A stretch of DNA of 55,804 nucleotides, counting the filler, from Barthelona sp. PAP020 (Eukaryota), in NCBI GenBank assembly GCA_040182905.1. It is 2 parts of 2 records of this genome, joined end to end, with 100 filler letters (N's around TTAATTAATTAA, not from the genome) between each part and the next. Parts side by side here need not be neighbours in the genome. Positions count along the whole stretch, not along the records: positions 1 to 27,869 come from JARQWU010000127.1; 1 more part is not named here. One strand, written 5' to 3'. The notes under the pieces were generated by a model. That model searched no databases. It worked only from the letters and a program-made list of their open reading frames with translations, and was not told the DNA's origin. How positions within the stretch are numbered: the first letter of the stretch is position 1; the number at the start of each line of letters is the position of its first letter. This document shows positions 10,397 to 22,381 of the stretch, one piece after another. Both the position numbers and the translations under genes were made by a program.

Positions 10397-13300
10397 TTAC
10401 ACAAAAGCGGTCCACCCAATCCAAATTGAACTCAGTATAGCAGGATCAGCTGCCAATTCGATGATGATTTTTGAAACTTCTTCAAAAGACAACACATTAT
10501 TTGAATTGTTAAAATCCAAATATTGTTCCAGGATTTGGAAATTTGCAGCAAAATATTGACACACAGCTTCAACTTCATTTTGTTCTAACAATTGACCTAA
10601 TTCATTTGAAATATCATCATCATGTCTTTTCAAGATTTCCACAAAAGCGTTGAATCGCATTGTTCCTTCAAAACCAATGATACGTTCAACAACACGAATC
10701 ATAACTGAATTATTGTTGTTCCATTTTAATTGCTCAATATCATTCATTTTAAGGATAAAATGAACGAAATGAAGTGAAGGATGACATAAATTTAATCTAT
10801 TTTTGCAATTATTTTTGTTATTGAGATTATTGAGATCATTTGTATTGTTGACAAAAAGCATATCTTCAAGTACAGCTAAGATTTCATATTTTCTTTTGAA
10901 TATTTCAGCTAATTTACTTGAAAATTCCATCTGTAATTTACCCAACAAACTTAGGGGTGAAGTTAGCCCTGCGAATATGGGTGTTAATCTGAACAAGGTC
11001 AATTCTGGAACTTGTAATCGGATGGGAATATCAAAAGAATAACCAAAATCAATATGAAACATATTTTTTCTGTTGATTAATATGTTGGATAAATGTCTAT
11101 CCCCGAAATTAAAAAGGTAAGATGTAAGAGATAAATCAACGTATTGTTGAAACATTTGTTCAAGAGATTCAAAAAAAGATAAATAATTGGAAGATAAGCT
11201 TTTAATATAGTTTCTTATCACATATCTGAAAGAAAAATGTTCATTGATGAAATCAAGATACATATCTGCCGCCAATTCGGAGTTGATATTCAAATAAGCC
11301 AAGCATAGTTGTTGGGAATTGCTTAAATATTTTTGTAATTTACTCGTATCTTCAAGATTTTCTTTCAAAAAGCTTTCTTGATGTTTAGAGTAAGCAGTCC
11401 TCAATTGTTGAAATGATTCTTTGATAGTCATTTTTGAACGACTAGTTTCATCTGGAATTTCACAATATTCCAATAAATCCAACAAACTATTAGAATTTTC
11501 AACCCATTCAATTAAACCACATGTTTTATCCAAAGGAACTGTTTGATAAGCTAATTTACCAACTGTTGAATGAATTAATCTCAATAAACCTGAATCTAAT
11601 CTCAAATCTTCGCCTTGTTTGATCAAAATATTCACAGTTGAATGATTTGAAGTGATGAAGGTTAATTTTATAGGTTTACGAGCAGAAGAAATCATTTGTA
11701 TGGTACTTTGTACTGATAATAACATAATGTCATGTTTAAAAGGTGAATATATTGAATTTTTTTGCAAATGTTTTGGTAGTAGAGGAGAAAAATAATGTAG
11801 ATCATGAGTTCCATTGACTAATTCCTTTTGAAAAACCATTTCTAATGTTTTAAAATGAGAATTGAATTTTGAAATGGATTCCTTAGTATCTATTGAAGAT
11901 TTGATAATCGATTCAAATAATTTTTGAATGACACCAAATCTGATTTTGATTTTTTCAATTAAAAATAACCTTTCTTCAGAAAAGAATCTATCATATTTTC
12001 TGAGTGTAAAAAAATCATTGAATTCTGCCAAAGATTTCTCCTTTTCAGAATTAGTACTTGATTCCTTTCTTAAAATTTCAAATATGTTGCGAATCCAAAT
12101 AGGTAAAGGACAAAATAGCTTGAGCATAATCTTGAAATCAATATATATTACAGGTATCATTATTTCGAAGAAATTTTCAATAAATTTCATTAACTTTTCA
12201 AAATTTTCAAAACAACAAATTTTTAATAACTTTTCAAAGACAATTTCCGTGTCATCTTCCAACAGATCAATATCCTCCAGTTCAATATCATTCTTTTGTA
12301 AATCATTCATTAAAGGTGTTGAAATTGTTAGTAATTTGAATGTTTCTTTTTGAAGCATCAAAGGATAATATAATAATGAAGGACAAGAATCATTTAATCG
12401 TAAAATCAAAGGAATAGACAAAGGAATTAAACGAGGATCCGTTAAAGAATTGATTAAAAACTTAAATTCATTTTCCACAGAGATAAAATCATCAGGTAAA
12501 CCATCCAAAATGAAAAATAATTCACGATACATTTCAAACAAATTTTCTTCATATAATAGTCTGGCAATTTTGAACACTGCACTTAAACAAGCATTGGTTG
12601 AACATAAAACACCAATTAAATCGATAGCTAATCTAAACAATTTGTTTGATCTATTCATTTCTAATTGTTCTAATAAAATGGATAAAATTGAAGGATCATC
12701 AATTTTTTTAATATAAGTTTGTAAAATGTTTTCAAAAATATCATAATTTTTACACATCAAACTTTTTAATAATAATTTTTCCAAAGAATTATTTAAACAT
12801 TTTGAACAATATGTAAAATTAGAATCAATATTTAAGTTTGATAAATTAGAGAATAAAAGTTGAATATTATCGGAATCATTTTCTTTTTCTTTAAAATATG
12901 AATCATAAATAAAATGCATTTGATTTTTTTGAGAAATTGGAAGATCTTTTTTGATAATTGATGAAGCAATGAACTTATTTTCTGCTAGAATTGCCTTTTC
13001 AAACAAGATATCAGTAAATTGATAATCAATATCATCACAAATAGTTTTAGAATATTGATTACTCTTACTAAACAAATAATTCAATAAATTCGTACACTTA
13101 CTTACCATTTTTATATCATTCATTGTTTTTAATGAAAATTTTATCATATTTACCTTAATATTTAAATCATTCTCATTGATATAATCATTAATTATTTGAA
13201 TAAATGTTAAATCGTTTCTATCTAACCTAATTTGATTCTTTAATAACTCTTTATAATATTCTTTCAAATAATATGCACCAGAATCATATTTATTTTTAAT

Positions 13301-16300
13301 CAATTCTCCAATTACTTTCAAAAATTGGTAGCTTTTAATATTCTTATCATTACAACTATCCAAAATGTTCAAAAAATATTGTTCACTAATAATACGATCC
13401 AATGAAGACAATAAACCATTGATATATTTGCTAAAATAAAAATTCTCATAAAATTCATCTTTCAAGAAATAATTTACCAATTCTTTTTCTTCCTTTATTC
13501 CATAATCATTGGCATTTTGTCTTAATTCATTCACTAATGATGACCATTGAGACATATTCTCTAAACATTCCAGTATTTCAATTTCACAAACACTATTTAA
13601 AGTCGACTGTTCACTTAATCCATCTAAAGTCTCAATATACTTGTTTAAAGCATGATAATGATCATTTTGATTTCTATATCTAATAGCTTCATTTAAACTT
13701 TCAGGTACATTAATTTGTTGTGTTAAGTATATTTGACTTGATTCATCATGTGCCAATGTAGCAATTCTAAACAGCTCTTTTTGTAAATATTGCATTTGAA
13801 TGGTTAAAATATTGTAATTTGAACTTAATAAATCATTATTTTGATGATGTTTCATTTGTTCAATTTCATCCTCAATATTTTCTTCAGTCTCTAACAAAAT
13901 ATCTGTGTTTTCACCAAAATTATCAGTTTCATCTTCTTCTTCAATATCAAAAACTCCTAATAAATGTTGAGAAAGACTAAGGAGAACACAAAGCACTTGA
14001 TCTAATAAAATTTGTCGATTGGTTTGTAAAGCCATGGTTATCAAACGACTTTGTAATCTTTTACGTGGAATAATTAATTTATTCAATTCAGTTGTTATTG
14101 AAATGAAATTATCACGCATATTCATACGTTTAGTGAATGTTAACACATTAAAACCATAAGTCTCTGAGAAATTTAAAGTTGTAACAGTAATACGAGTATT
14201 TAAATGTTCAAATAATCCAATGAGACATTCAAAAAACAAATCTATTGTGTTTCTGGCAAGATTTGTCAATATCGCTTCACAAATGTTCAAAAAAAGATCT
14301 TTGTATTCATCAATACTTTCAAATATATATCCATCAACTAAAAATCTTAACAATGAAGAAATAATCTCTTCAACTAAAAATTTTCCCACATTCTGTGAAA
14401 ATACGGAAGTGATGATGATGGGTGACAACAATTGTTCCATATTCATCTCAATATCAGGTAATTCCCCTTTTTTATAACTTCTTATTCTGGCGCTTCTATT
14501 TTTTCTGGTAGTTTTATCAAAATTCTTTGTTTTACGCAATTGATTCTTCCATCTATTTCTTGGATTATCATTATATCGTTTAGCACCATAAGTTAGGTCA
14601 AAACCATAATTTTGTGATTGGGTTTGAGATTGTCCAGTTAAAGAAGAAGAAAATACACCGACTTCTGCTTGAGATGAAATAGTTTGAGAAAATAAACTAT
14701 ATTGAGTTTGTTGAACCATAAAACGAGGCAAAAAATTTAAAGTATTATCAAGAGATGATGATAGTTTTGTCAAATATTCACTAATTTCAGTATTACCATT
14801 GATTCCTTCTTTGATTTGTTGTGTTGACATTTGGATTTGTTGATAATTAAACAGGGTAAGTTTTGAAAATTCAAAATTATTCATTAACTTTGAAAATACA
14901 TAAGGTAAATTGGTAAACAAATGTAAATCATTGAAAACTCTCAACGATTTGACAATACATTGACAATATTCCTCAATTGTGAGAACATTAACTCCAGTTA
15001 AAGATGATGGTAAAACAGCAGTTAGAACCGTGGACATGACATGATTGAAAGACTTTTCATTTCTACTTGAAGTGTTCAATAATATTTCCAATAAAGCCTT
15101 ATCTTGAGTTTGCAACCAAATTTTACCAACCAATTCAACATAAGTTAAAACAATTTCTTCATTTTTAAAACCTTGATGGAAAGATTTTTCGAGGGCGATA
15201 CACAATTCACTTATTCTTTCTCGACAAGAAAAACTAATTTCATGTTTCATCAAATTATTTAAAATCTTGAAACTTTTGAATTTTACAGAAAAATCAGCAG
15301 ATTTAGCCGTTTCCAATATGAATTCTAACCCTTCTTCAAACTTTTCAACAGATATCAACTTTCCATCATCATAAACAAGAATATTACCCAAAAACTCCAA
15401 TATTTTAATGCTACTCAATAAAGAACAACCACTACCAAGTTTATTAAACAATAAACTTGTAAATTGAATGATTGACACAGGATAAATCTCACTAAGAGGT
15501 AATAAAACATTCAAAAATTTGTCAAAATTTTTCCCAGATCGATCAAACAGATTTAAAAATTTGTTTAAGTCTTCAGGTACCACTTCTACATAATCATAAT
15601 CATTTTTTATTGCCAAAGCTAAAGCACGCATCAATACATTAATTTCCTTCATGCTAATACCCTTGGATTGAAATAATGAAGCAAAAATTTCGAAGAGTTT
15701 TGAAAAACTAACAGAAGGAAACATTTGTTTTAAACTTAATTTCTGTTGACTGAATGTATGAAATAAATTTATTCCAACAAATTTGAAAATGGAACTTTTT
15801 TCCTTATTCTTCGAGAATAGAAATGCCATTAAAGGCTTGAAATTGATATCAACAATATGGACAAAATGTTTCAATAAACTGTTAAGCAATTTGATATTTC
15901 GTTTTACAATACGTTCATTTTCATCAGCACAACCACGTATCAAATGGTTTATAAATTGAGAAAAAGTTTCTTTCAAAGTTACTTTATTCTCTTCAATGAT
16001 AGATGACCATGTCAACAACATCAAAATACATTCAACTGTGAAATAATTAAATATTTTTGATTTTGAAGGACTTAATTCCAGTAGTGTATCAACGATAGGT
16101 TGAATTAAATAGGAAGCATACGGTTTCATCAACTCTGATCGATTCAAAATGACACGAATGGCAAAAAGTTTTAAATTGATGTGTTGTTTCAACAAATCAA
16201 GGAGGAAACCAACATAGGAAGGAATTTTTTCCAATGGTGTTAATTTTTTTCCTTCATTCAACGATTTCAACTCATCACAACATAAAATATCAATTGAACT

Positions 16301-19300
16301 GATAATAGCCCACATTGATGGTAAATTATTGAAATAATCACTTTGTAAACCAGTCATTGAAGAAATCAAATTGTTTGAATAAGCATTTTCAATGTTTATA
16401 GTCCAAGAATTATCTTGATTTTCATTATTTTGAGCATTTGAGCTTAATTTTTGAGCAATATCATAAGATAACGATTGAACATCAATTGAGGAAGCAAAGA
16501 GAGAAGAAGATAAAGAATTTCCTATTGTATTCATCGCTAAAGAACCAGGTAAAGAAATTAATTTCATTGCATCATTATTTGATAGTTGGGCATTATAAGC
16601 GTTTGAACTCATTCGTGAGACATCAGTTTGAAAAGTATTGTTTTCATTTTCTATTTCTAAAGGAATTTCTTCCATTGTACTGACGAAACAAAAATTATAT
16701 ATATTAAATTTTTCTTCACTTTTCGGTTTTTTCAGTAAAAACATATTTATTTGCTTGAAAAAGGTTATTTTACTCTTATCACGTACTTCTAAAACAGGTT
16801 CATGAAAAGATTTATAATATTGTAAATTGAACAAAATAGAAGTCAATAACAATGTGCAATATTGTTTGTATATCTCAAAACTTAACCAATTCATTTTATC
16901 TTCTTGTCCAATAACATTTTCATTTGATCGAATATTAATAACTAAAATTAAAATGTTCTTGGTATAAACATCTTTTCCACTAGGATCAATACCTTCACCA
17001 GAAAAAGTAGGAGCAATACGATTAATGAAAATATCTCTTGGAATTAAATCATAAATGTTTAATAAAATTTTCAATAGACAAGTTTTTTCTTTATAATACT
17101 CAGATATAGTTAAGATATGATCATCATCAAATACAAATAAATCAGTCTTTTTTTTAAAGGTTTTAAAAATTTCAAAAGTGGAATTATTTAATTGTTCATA
17201 AATTAATTTGCAATAATTTTCAAAAAATATATAGATCCATTCAAAGTCACTAGCAAGAACCAATAATCTCACTAAAAAATGTTCAATAACAAAACATCGA
17301 ACTTTAGAACATACATTTGAAGTGGAAAAAACTTTCATAAAAAATTCACAAAATATTAACTTTTCATGAGAATATAAACTTTTTAAACTCTTTAAAAAAA
17401 CTTTATAAACTTTCTGTTCAACAAATTTTTCATCATTAAACATTGGTAAAATACTTGTCAATAATAAAGGATTTCCAATCTCAATAGTCTTTTCAAAAAT
17501 TAAAGAAACAATATCTAAACCTTCAACCTTGTTAGAATCATTGTTGTAAGGCATTACACAATTCATAATTTTTGTTAAATTGCCCAAATGAAGATCATTT
17601 TCAGAAAGATCTTGAAAACGATTCAAATTCCCATATAACTCAATACAATCTTTAAGAAAAACAAATGAAAATTTCAAAGGTTCTTCAGCAACAATCTCCA
17701 ATAATTCTACAGCCACATTGGTCAATCCAATTGAATTTTTAGAGTTAGATTCACAATGATACATCAAATAGTTCAACAATACAACAAAAACCTCATTAAA
17801 TTTTGCACTAGAATCCACACCCAATAATTTGATTGCAGAATCAAACACACCATTTTCAATAAAGAAATCTGAAATCATCCCACAATCCAAAATTTGCAGC
17901 TTTAAAACATTGTGTATGCTTTGAAACAATTCAATATTTTGATTTAATTGTAATATTGAGGGCTTGTTCTTCAGAACAATCAAAGAATTGAATTTCATCA
18001 GGTCAAAAATCTTCAAATCACATTGAAAATTGTTCAATAGTATTTGCAAATATTCAGAATGTTTGAAAAAATCCAATTCATCTACAAAATTTTGGGAAAA
18101 ATTCAAAATTTTAACTAAAACTTTCATGATTTGTTGGATCTTAATTTCATTACAAAAACCTGCACTTAAATCACTTACCAAACACGTTTTTAAGGAATTC
18201 AAACCCATTTCAACTTTTGTTGAATCAAAATATTTGGTGAAGTCCAAACTTTCCATCAAATTTTGCAAATAATAACTTACTGTAAAAATTCCCAATTGTT
18301 CTCTAGGTAATTGAACATTTGTATCAACAATTAAAGAATTAAACAACTCGAATGAGATTTCAAAAGTTTCATTTATCATTCCCATAAAACAACCTTCCAA
18401 AATAGCTCCATAATTACTGTTTGAATTCCTTCGAATTGCTAAACACATTTCTTTCACACTATCAAAATAATTGCAAATCAAAGTTTCTTCAATATTCTCT
18501 AAAATAATAATAAAAAAGACAAAAGTTTCCAAAAATTGCGAGAGTATTAACTTGTCATTGCTTTCCTCAGTAGATGAAAAAATTACTTTAACATTATCTT
18601 GAATAGAACAAAAATGACATAATGAAACAATCAACTGATGATAGCGCTGAAACGTCAGTTCAGTACCTTCCAGATTTATCAACATGGGAACTAAAAATGC
18701 TGAAATGGATGCCTCAATGTGGGAAAAATCAACAAGAATCCATGATTGAATTGAAACAAGAAAATCGAAGAATCCACAACACTTTTTAATTTTCATTTCC
18801 AGTTCATCGTCACCATATTCAGCTAAATCTTCAGCAAAGCTGTTAAACAACAGTTCTAGGTTTTGATTTCGCAAATATTCAATGAATTCTTCATGGGTTT
18901 TAAAAAGCTTTGGAAGGTATTTCACACATCTTTTTCGAATCTCAACATTTTCATGGGCGCAATAAACTAAAATCAAATCCAACATGTCAATATATGTCAA
19001 GGGTTCATGACGATACAATTCATTTGTTTCATTGGGCACAACATTTAACATATCAAGGTAGCTCAAAATGATTCGGGGGAACTTTACCAGAACAAATTCA
19101 AGTTCATCAACAACAAACAAATGAATAGGATCAATTGTCAGTATTGAAACAAAGATAGTCATGATATATTTGGAAGTTAAATAGCTATTTTCTCTAATGT
19201 CCCTATATAAAGCTTTGAAAAGACTAAGTCCACCACTGATCTTTGTAGATTCTTTCGAACTAAGTAAATCACACAACCTGCTCATGATAACATCCATATT

Positions 19301-22300
19301 GAATAATTGAGACAATTTTTTCAACTTATTGATGGTTGCTTTATCTTGAATTTCAATAGATTGTCTCGGAAAATTCCTAACTGCATACTTTATGTATTTT
19401 GCCAAACATTCACAACTTAACAAACACACACTCAAATCATTATCTGAAATCAATTCAAAAAGAACTTCAACAATAGTCTTTAATTCCGGAAATTCCTTAT
19501 CAATATGCAGTTTGGACAATTCTAATATCCAATTCACCATGGCAAACGATAAGTTTCGAAAATCATCATGATTTGGTAATTTTAACAAGCATCCAAATCG
19601 AATAATATGAGGATAGTACAAATTGATCAATTTACTGATATCAAAAACTTTATTCATTTCTCTTAACCCAATACTAGTTAAGATCAATTGATAAAAAGCT
19701 TCACTTGCATACAATTGTAATTGAGTATCTTGGGTTTGTAAAATCAAATCCACACATGGTTGAAACAATGGGTCGATTGAAAACTTAAAGAATTGACTCG
19801 CTTTCACGTCTTTACCTACAATATTTTCCAAAGACACTTTTATCCCTGATAAAACCTCAACATTCTCATTGTTTTTTTCCTCGACAACAAATTGAGATAT
19901 CATAAGGTTACATTCCAAAGCTAATCGCCTTATTTCCCCACTTTGTTCCTTCGGTACAAATGTTAATACATTTTTATGTGTGTAGCGTTCTTTATCTTCT
20001 TGCAAAAGCAAAGAATCAACATCAATACCTTTTGTGCTTTCATCAACATTTTTTGACAGTTCATCATTATCAGTGTCAACCAATATCCCAACTTCAACAT
20101 CAGCAACTTTAAAAAACAAACACTTTTTCAACTTATTACTTAATGATTGAATTGTCTTATTAAATACGTGCTTTCCATCCACAATGTGGTTATTTTCATC
20201 ACAAATATTTGTTTTCCTGCACACATTGAGAAAATTATGCACGTTTTTCAATAATAATTGTTCTAAACTCGCAGATTGATAAAAATCAAAACTCTTCTCC
20301 ACAATGGCCACGTACAAATCAAAGCAAATTAAACCCAATGGAATTTCTAAAAGAAATTCCAAAGGTGCCTTTGCATCAATAGGTGAAAAAGAAGATAGCT
20401 GTTTAAAAATTGTTCGTGCCATTTCAGTAAAGATAAAAGCTAAATTTTGACACAAATACAATAAAGGAGAATCAAATTCCTTTTCAAGATACATATTAGA
20501 AATGGATACATTACGAAACACAAAATCTTGAAAAGAAATGTCAAAACTTTCCAATAATTCGAACATTGAAGGAACAAGATTGCAAAACTTTAAAATTTGT
20601 GTCAAATTCTTTAAAATTGAAAAGTTGCTTTTAACAAATTGAAATTTTTGAAAAATTTGAAACATTTTGTGAAACATGGGAACCAAAAATGTGGCCCATT
20701 CTTGTTTTCCTTCATTATTATAAGCTAATGAGAGTAATTTATTTGTTAGCTTATCAATAGCAACACTGATCTTTAAAAGATATTCCCAATCGTGTGGAAC
20801 TTTCAAAATTTTTTGAGCTTCAAATGAATCTTCATCTGACTTTATCTCTTCAGTAATGATTTCCAAATCAAACGTACTGATTTCCTTAGCAAAAGAAAAG
20901 AAAACACTTTGATAAAATAAAATATGACTAATATGACCCAAAGAAACCAAATTATCCAAAAATACAAATGTTAATCGTTCAAGACTAGTATTTTCAACAT
21001 ATTTACGTAAAACTTTCATAAAATGTTCAGAACAATATTCTTCCAACATTTTCTTTTCATGAAAGACTTCCAACAAATCAAAAAATTTGGTTAAAATTTG
21101 AGATTTCAAATTGTTTGAAAAATTTCCAAAATTTTGAAAAATTTCTTCCAAAACATTTGCCAACAATTCTAAAGTTTGTGTGTCATTAATAGCAATGCTC
21201 TTTTTGACAATCAAAAAGATGATTGGAAGTATTTGACGATTTTCACTCAAATTATTAAAAAGAACCAAATTAGCTAGCTTTATCATATCTTCATATCCAT
21301 CAAACATTTCAAAATCCATTGAATAACATTGAATCAACAATGTCAAATGCATAAATGACTTCTCTTTATGACATTTATCAGAAATATTCATCAATTTATT
21401 GTACATAGACTGAGTAACGTCTTCAATTTTGCTGCTCAAACAAATTAAAACCTGTTCAAAAGCTTGAAATGAAATCAACTGTAAGTTACGATTTCTATGA
21501 ATAGTTAAAGGTTTTAAAGCCTCCAATAACAATAAAGTCATATCAAAAACATCATCTCTCAATGTATCAAACAGAAGAAATTTCTCAATTTGCAAAAATA
21601 TCAAATTACACACACTGTTTGGAATAATCACAAAAGAACGTTCGCTTTCAGGCACTTGACAAAAAGTGATACACAATTTCAACACTTTTATCTTGTCTTC
21701 AACTTCAATAGGCGAATTCTTTTGTTGGAACAGACCAACTAAACAATTAAAACAACCACTTATCAAATTTCTCTTTGGTGTATCACCGCTTTCAATCTCT
21801 TTTTCTATCAAAGTTATGTTTTGATCAATCAAATTATTTAATGAATCCTCTTCGAGCATAATTTTTGAAGTTAATAACATTGTAGATAATAGTTGCAAAG
21901 CACAACTTTGTGATGTAGTTGAATACTTGGTCATTGTAGGAATCCTTACTATTTTATTAAAAAGCTTGTCAAATAGCATCAACGAATCATCTTCAATGTT
22001 TTGAAAGTATAGTGAAAAACTTTTTATCAAATCATTTAAACAATTTATGGCTTTGGAAACAATTCTGGAGGAAAGAACTGGATTAATCAACTTATAAAAA
22101 GTTTTAATGATTAAATCAACATAAGGTAACAAATAATCTTCTTCATTTGAACGAAGAATGATTTCATTCACTATTTCCATGCAATCCAATTGATAATTCA
22201 TGTTATCTTCACTTTTACTGATAAATTGCAAGATATTTATGCTTTGATCATAAAATAATTTATCAACAATCCAAGAAAATTCATAAACTGGACATTTTTG

Positions 22301-22381
22301 ACAGATTTCAATGAATATTGGGGTATTAAGAGAAGGATATTTCGTAATAAATTCATCTACTACTTCTTTAATAAACGTCAT
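10397..22381 (-). CDS. PRKDC: DNA-dependent protein kinase catalytic subunit-like PIKK, 3994 aa, no introns
   Basis: PI3K-like kinase motifs SSARKPIKL, LIKQGEDLRLD, GLIEWV, GDRHLSN, HIDFG; DNA-PKcs-type RSYKKGELPDI; FATC ADPAILSSIWIGWTAFV; S/TQ cluster at about 14610-14715; size about 4000 aa. Confidence 0.85.
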   Translation of the reverse strand: MTFIKEVVDEFITKYPSLNTPIFIEICQKCPVYEFSWIVDKLFYDQSINILQFISKSEDNMNYQLDCMEIVNEIILRSNEEDYLLPYVDLIIKTFYKLINPVLSSRIVSKAINCLNDLIKSFSLYFQNIEDDSLMLFDKLFNKIVRIPTMTKYSTTSQSCALQLLSTMLLTSKIMLEEDSLNNLIDQNITLIEKEIESGDTPKRNLISGCFNCLVGLFQQKNSPIEVEDKIKVLKLCITFCQVPESERSFVIIPNSVCNLIFLQIEKFLLFDTLRDDVFDMTLLLLEALKPLTIHRNRNLQLISFQAFEQVLICLSSKIEDVTQSMYNKLMNISDKCHKEKSFMHLTLLIQCYSMDFEMFDGYEDMIKLANLVLFNNLSENRQILPIIFLIVKKSIAINDTQTLELLANVLEEIFQNFGNFSNNLKSQILTKFFDLLEVFHEKKMLEEYCSEHFMKVLRKYVENTSLERLTFVFLDNLVSLGHISHILFYQSVFFSFAKEISTFDLEIITEEIKSDEDSFEAQKILKVPHDWEYLLKISVAIDKLTNKLLSLAYNNEGKQEWATFLVPMFHKMFQIFQKFQFVKSNFSILKNLTQILKFCNLVPSMFELLESFDISFQDFVFRNVSISNMYLEKEFDSPLLYLCQNLAFIFTEMARTIFKQLSSFSPIDAKAPLEFLLEIPLGLICFDLYVAIVEKSFDFYQSASLEQLLLKNVHNFLNVCRKTNICDENNHIVDGKHVFNKTIQSLSNKLKKCLFFKVADVEVGILVDTDNDELSKNVDESTKGIDVDSLLLQEDKERYTHKNVLTFVPKEQSGEIRRLALECNLMISQFVVEEKNNENVEVLSGIKVSLENIVGKDVKASQFFKFSIDPLFQPCVDLILQTQDTQLQLYASEAFYQLILTSIGLREMNKVFDISKLINLYYPHIIRFGCLLKLPNHDDFRNLSFAMVNWILELSKLHIDKEFPELKTIVEVLFELISDNDLSVCLLSCECLAKYIKYAVRNFPRQSIEIQDKATINKLKKLSQLFNMDVIMSRLCDLLSSKESTKISGGLSLFKALYRDIRENSYLTSKYIMTIFVSILTIDPIHLFVVDELEFVLVKFPRIILSYLDMLNVVPNETNELYRHEPLTYIDMLDLILVYCAHENVEIRKRCVKYLPKLFKTHEEFIEYLRNQNLELLFNSFAEDLAEYGDDELEMKIKKCCGFFDFLVSIQSWILVDFSHIEASISAFLVPMLINLEGTELTFQRYHQLIVSLCHFCSIQDNVKVIFSSTEESNDKLILSQFLETFVFFIIILENIEETLICNYFDSVKEMCLAIRRNSNSNYGAILEGCFMGMINETFEISFELFNSLIVDTNVQLPREQLGIFTVSYYLQNLMESLDFTKYFDSTKVEMGLNSLKTCLVSDLSAGFCNEIKIQQIMKVLVKILNFSQNFVDELDFFKHSEYLQILLNNFQCDLKIFDLMKFNSLIVLKNKPSILQLNQNIELFQSIHNVLKLQILDCGMISDFFIENGVFDSAIKLLGVDSSAKFNEVFVVLLNYLMYHCESNSKNSIGLTNVAVELLEIVAEEPLKFSFVFLKDCIELYGNLNRFQDLSENDLHLGNLTKIMNCVMPYNNDSNKVEGLDIVSLIFEKTIEIGNPLLLTSILPMFNDEKFVEQKVYKVFLKSLKSLYSHEKLIFCEFFMKVFSTSNVCSKVRCFVIEHFLVRLLVLASDFEWIYIFFENYCKLIYEQLNNSTFEIFKTFKKKTDLFVFDDDHILTISEYYKEKTCLLKILLNIYDLIPRDIFINRIAPTFSGEGIDPSGKDVYTKNILILVINIRSNENVIGQEDKMNWLSFEIYKQYCTLLLTSILFNLQYYKSFHEPVLEVRDKSKITFFKQINMFLLKKPKSEEKFNIYNFCFVSTMEEIPLEIENENNTFQTDVSRMSSNAYNAQLSNNDAMKLISLPGSLAMNTIGNSLSSSLFASSIDVQSLSYDIAQKLSSNAQNNENQDNSWTINIENAYSNNLISSMTGLQSDYFNNLPSMWAIISSIDILCCDELKSLNEGKKLTPLEKIPSYVGFLLDLLKQHINLKLFAIRVILNRSELMKPYASYLIQPIVDTLLELSPSKSKIFNYFTVECILMLLTWSSIIEENKVTLKETFSQFINHLIRGCADENERIVKRNIKLLNSLLKHFVHIVDINFKPLMAFLFSKNKEKSSIFKFVGINLFHTFSQQKLSLKQMFPSVSFSKLFEIFASLFQSKGISMKEINVLMRALALAIKNDYDYVEVVPEDLNKFLNLFDRSGKNFDKFLNVLLPLSEIYPVSIIQFTSLLFNKLGSGCSLLSSIKILEFLGNILVYDDGKLISVEKFEEGLEFILETAKSADFSVKFKSFKILNNLMKHEISFSCRERISELCIALEKSFHQGFKNEEIVLTYVELVGKIWLQTQDKALLEILLNTSSRNEKSFNHVMSTVLTAVLPSSLTGVNVLTIEEYCQCIVKSLRVFNDLHLFTNLPYVFSKLMNNFEFSKLTLFNYQQIQMSTQQIKEGINGNTEISEYLTKLSSSLDNTLNFLPRFMVQQTQYSLFSQTISSQAEVGVFSSSLTGQSQTQSQNYGFDLTYGAKRYNDNPRNRWKNQLRKTKNFDKTTRKNRSARIRSYKKGELPDIEMNMEQLLSPIIITSVFSQNVGKFLVEEIISSLLRFLVDGYIFESIDEYKDLFLNICEAILTNLARNTIDLFFECLIGLFEHLNTRITVTTLNFSETYGFNVLTFTKRMNMRDNFISITTELNKLIIPRKRLQSRLITMALQTNRQILLDQVLCVLLSLSQHLLGVFDIEEEDETDNFGENTDILLETEENIEDEIEQMKHHQNNDLLSSNYNILTIQMQYLQKELFRIATLAHDESSQIYLTQQINVPESLNEAIRYRNQNDHYHALNKYIETLDGLSEQSTLNSVCEIEILECLENMSQWSSLVNELRQNANDYGIKEEKELVNYFLKDEFYENFYFSKYINGLLSSLDRIISEQYFLNILDSCNDKNIKSYQFLKVIGELIKNKYDSGAYYLKEYYKELLKNQIRLDRNDLTFIQIINDYINENDLNIKVNMIKFSLKTMNDIKMVSKCTNLLNYLFSKSNQYSKTICDDIDYQFTDILFEKAILAENKFIASSIIKKDLPISQKNQMHFIYDSYFKEKENDSDNIQLLFSNLSNLNIDSNFTYCSKCLNNSLEKLLLKSLMCKNYDIFENILQTYIKKIDDPSILSILLEQLEMNRSNKLFRLAIDLIGVLCSTNACLSAVFKIARLLYEENLFEMYRELFFILDGLPDDFISVENEFKFLINSLTDPRLIPLSIPLILRLNDSCPSLLYYPLMLQKETFKLLTISTPLMNDLQKNDIELEDIDLLEDDTEIVFEKLLKICCFENFEKLMKFIENFFEIMIPVIYIDFKIMLKLFCPLPIWIRNIFEILRKESSTNSEKEKSLAEFNDFFTLRKYDRFFSEERLFLIEKIKIRFGVIQKLFESIIKSSIDTKESISKFNSHFKTLEMVFQKELVNGTHDLHYFSPLLPKHLQKNSIYSPFKHDIMLLSVQSTIQMISSARKPIKLTFITSNHSTVNILIKQGEDLRLDSGLLRLIHSTVGKLAYQTVPLDKTCGLIEWVENSNSLLDLLEYCEIPDETSRSKMTIKESFQQLRTAYSKHQESFLKENLEDTSKLQKYLSNSQQLCLAYLNINSELAADMYLDFINEHFSFRYVIRNYIKSLSSNYLSFFESLEQMFQQYVDLSLTSYLFNFGDRHLSNILINRKNMFHIDFGYSFDIPIRLQVPELTLFRLTPIFAGLTSPLSLLGKLQMEFSSKLAEIFKRKYEILAVLEDMLFVNNTNDLNNLNNKNNCKNRLNLCHPSLHFVHFILKMNDIEQLKWNNNNSVMIRVVERIIGFEGTMRFNAFVEILKRHDDDISNELGQLLEQNEVEAVCQYFAANFQILEQYLDFNNSNNVLSFEEVSKIIIELAADPAILSSIWIGWTAFV

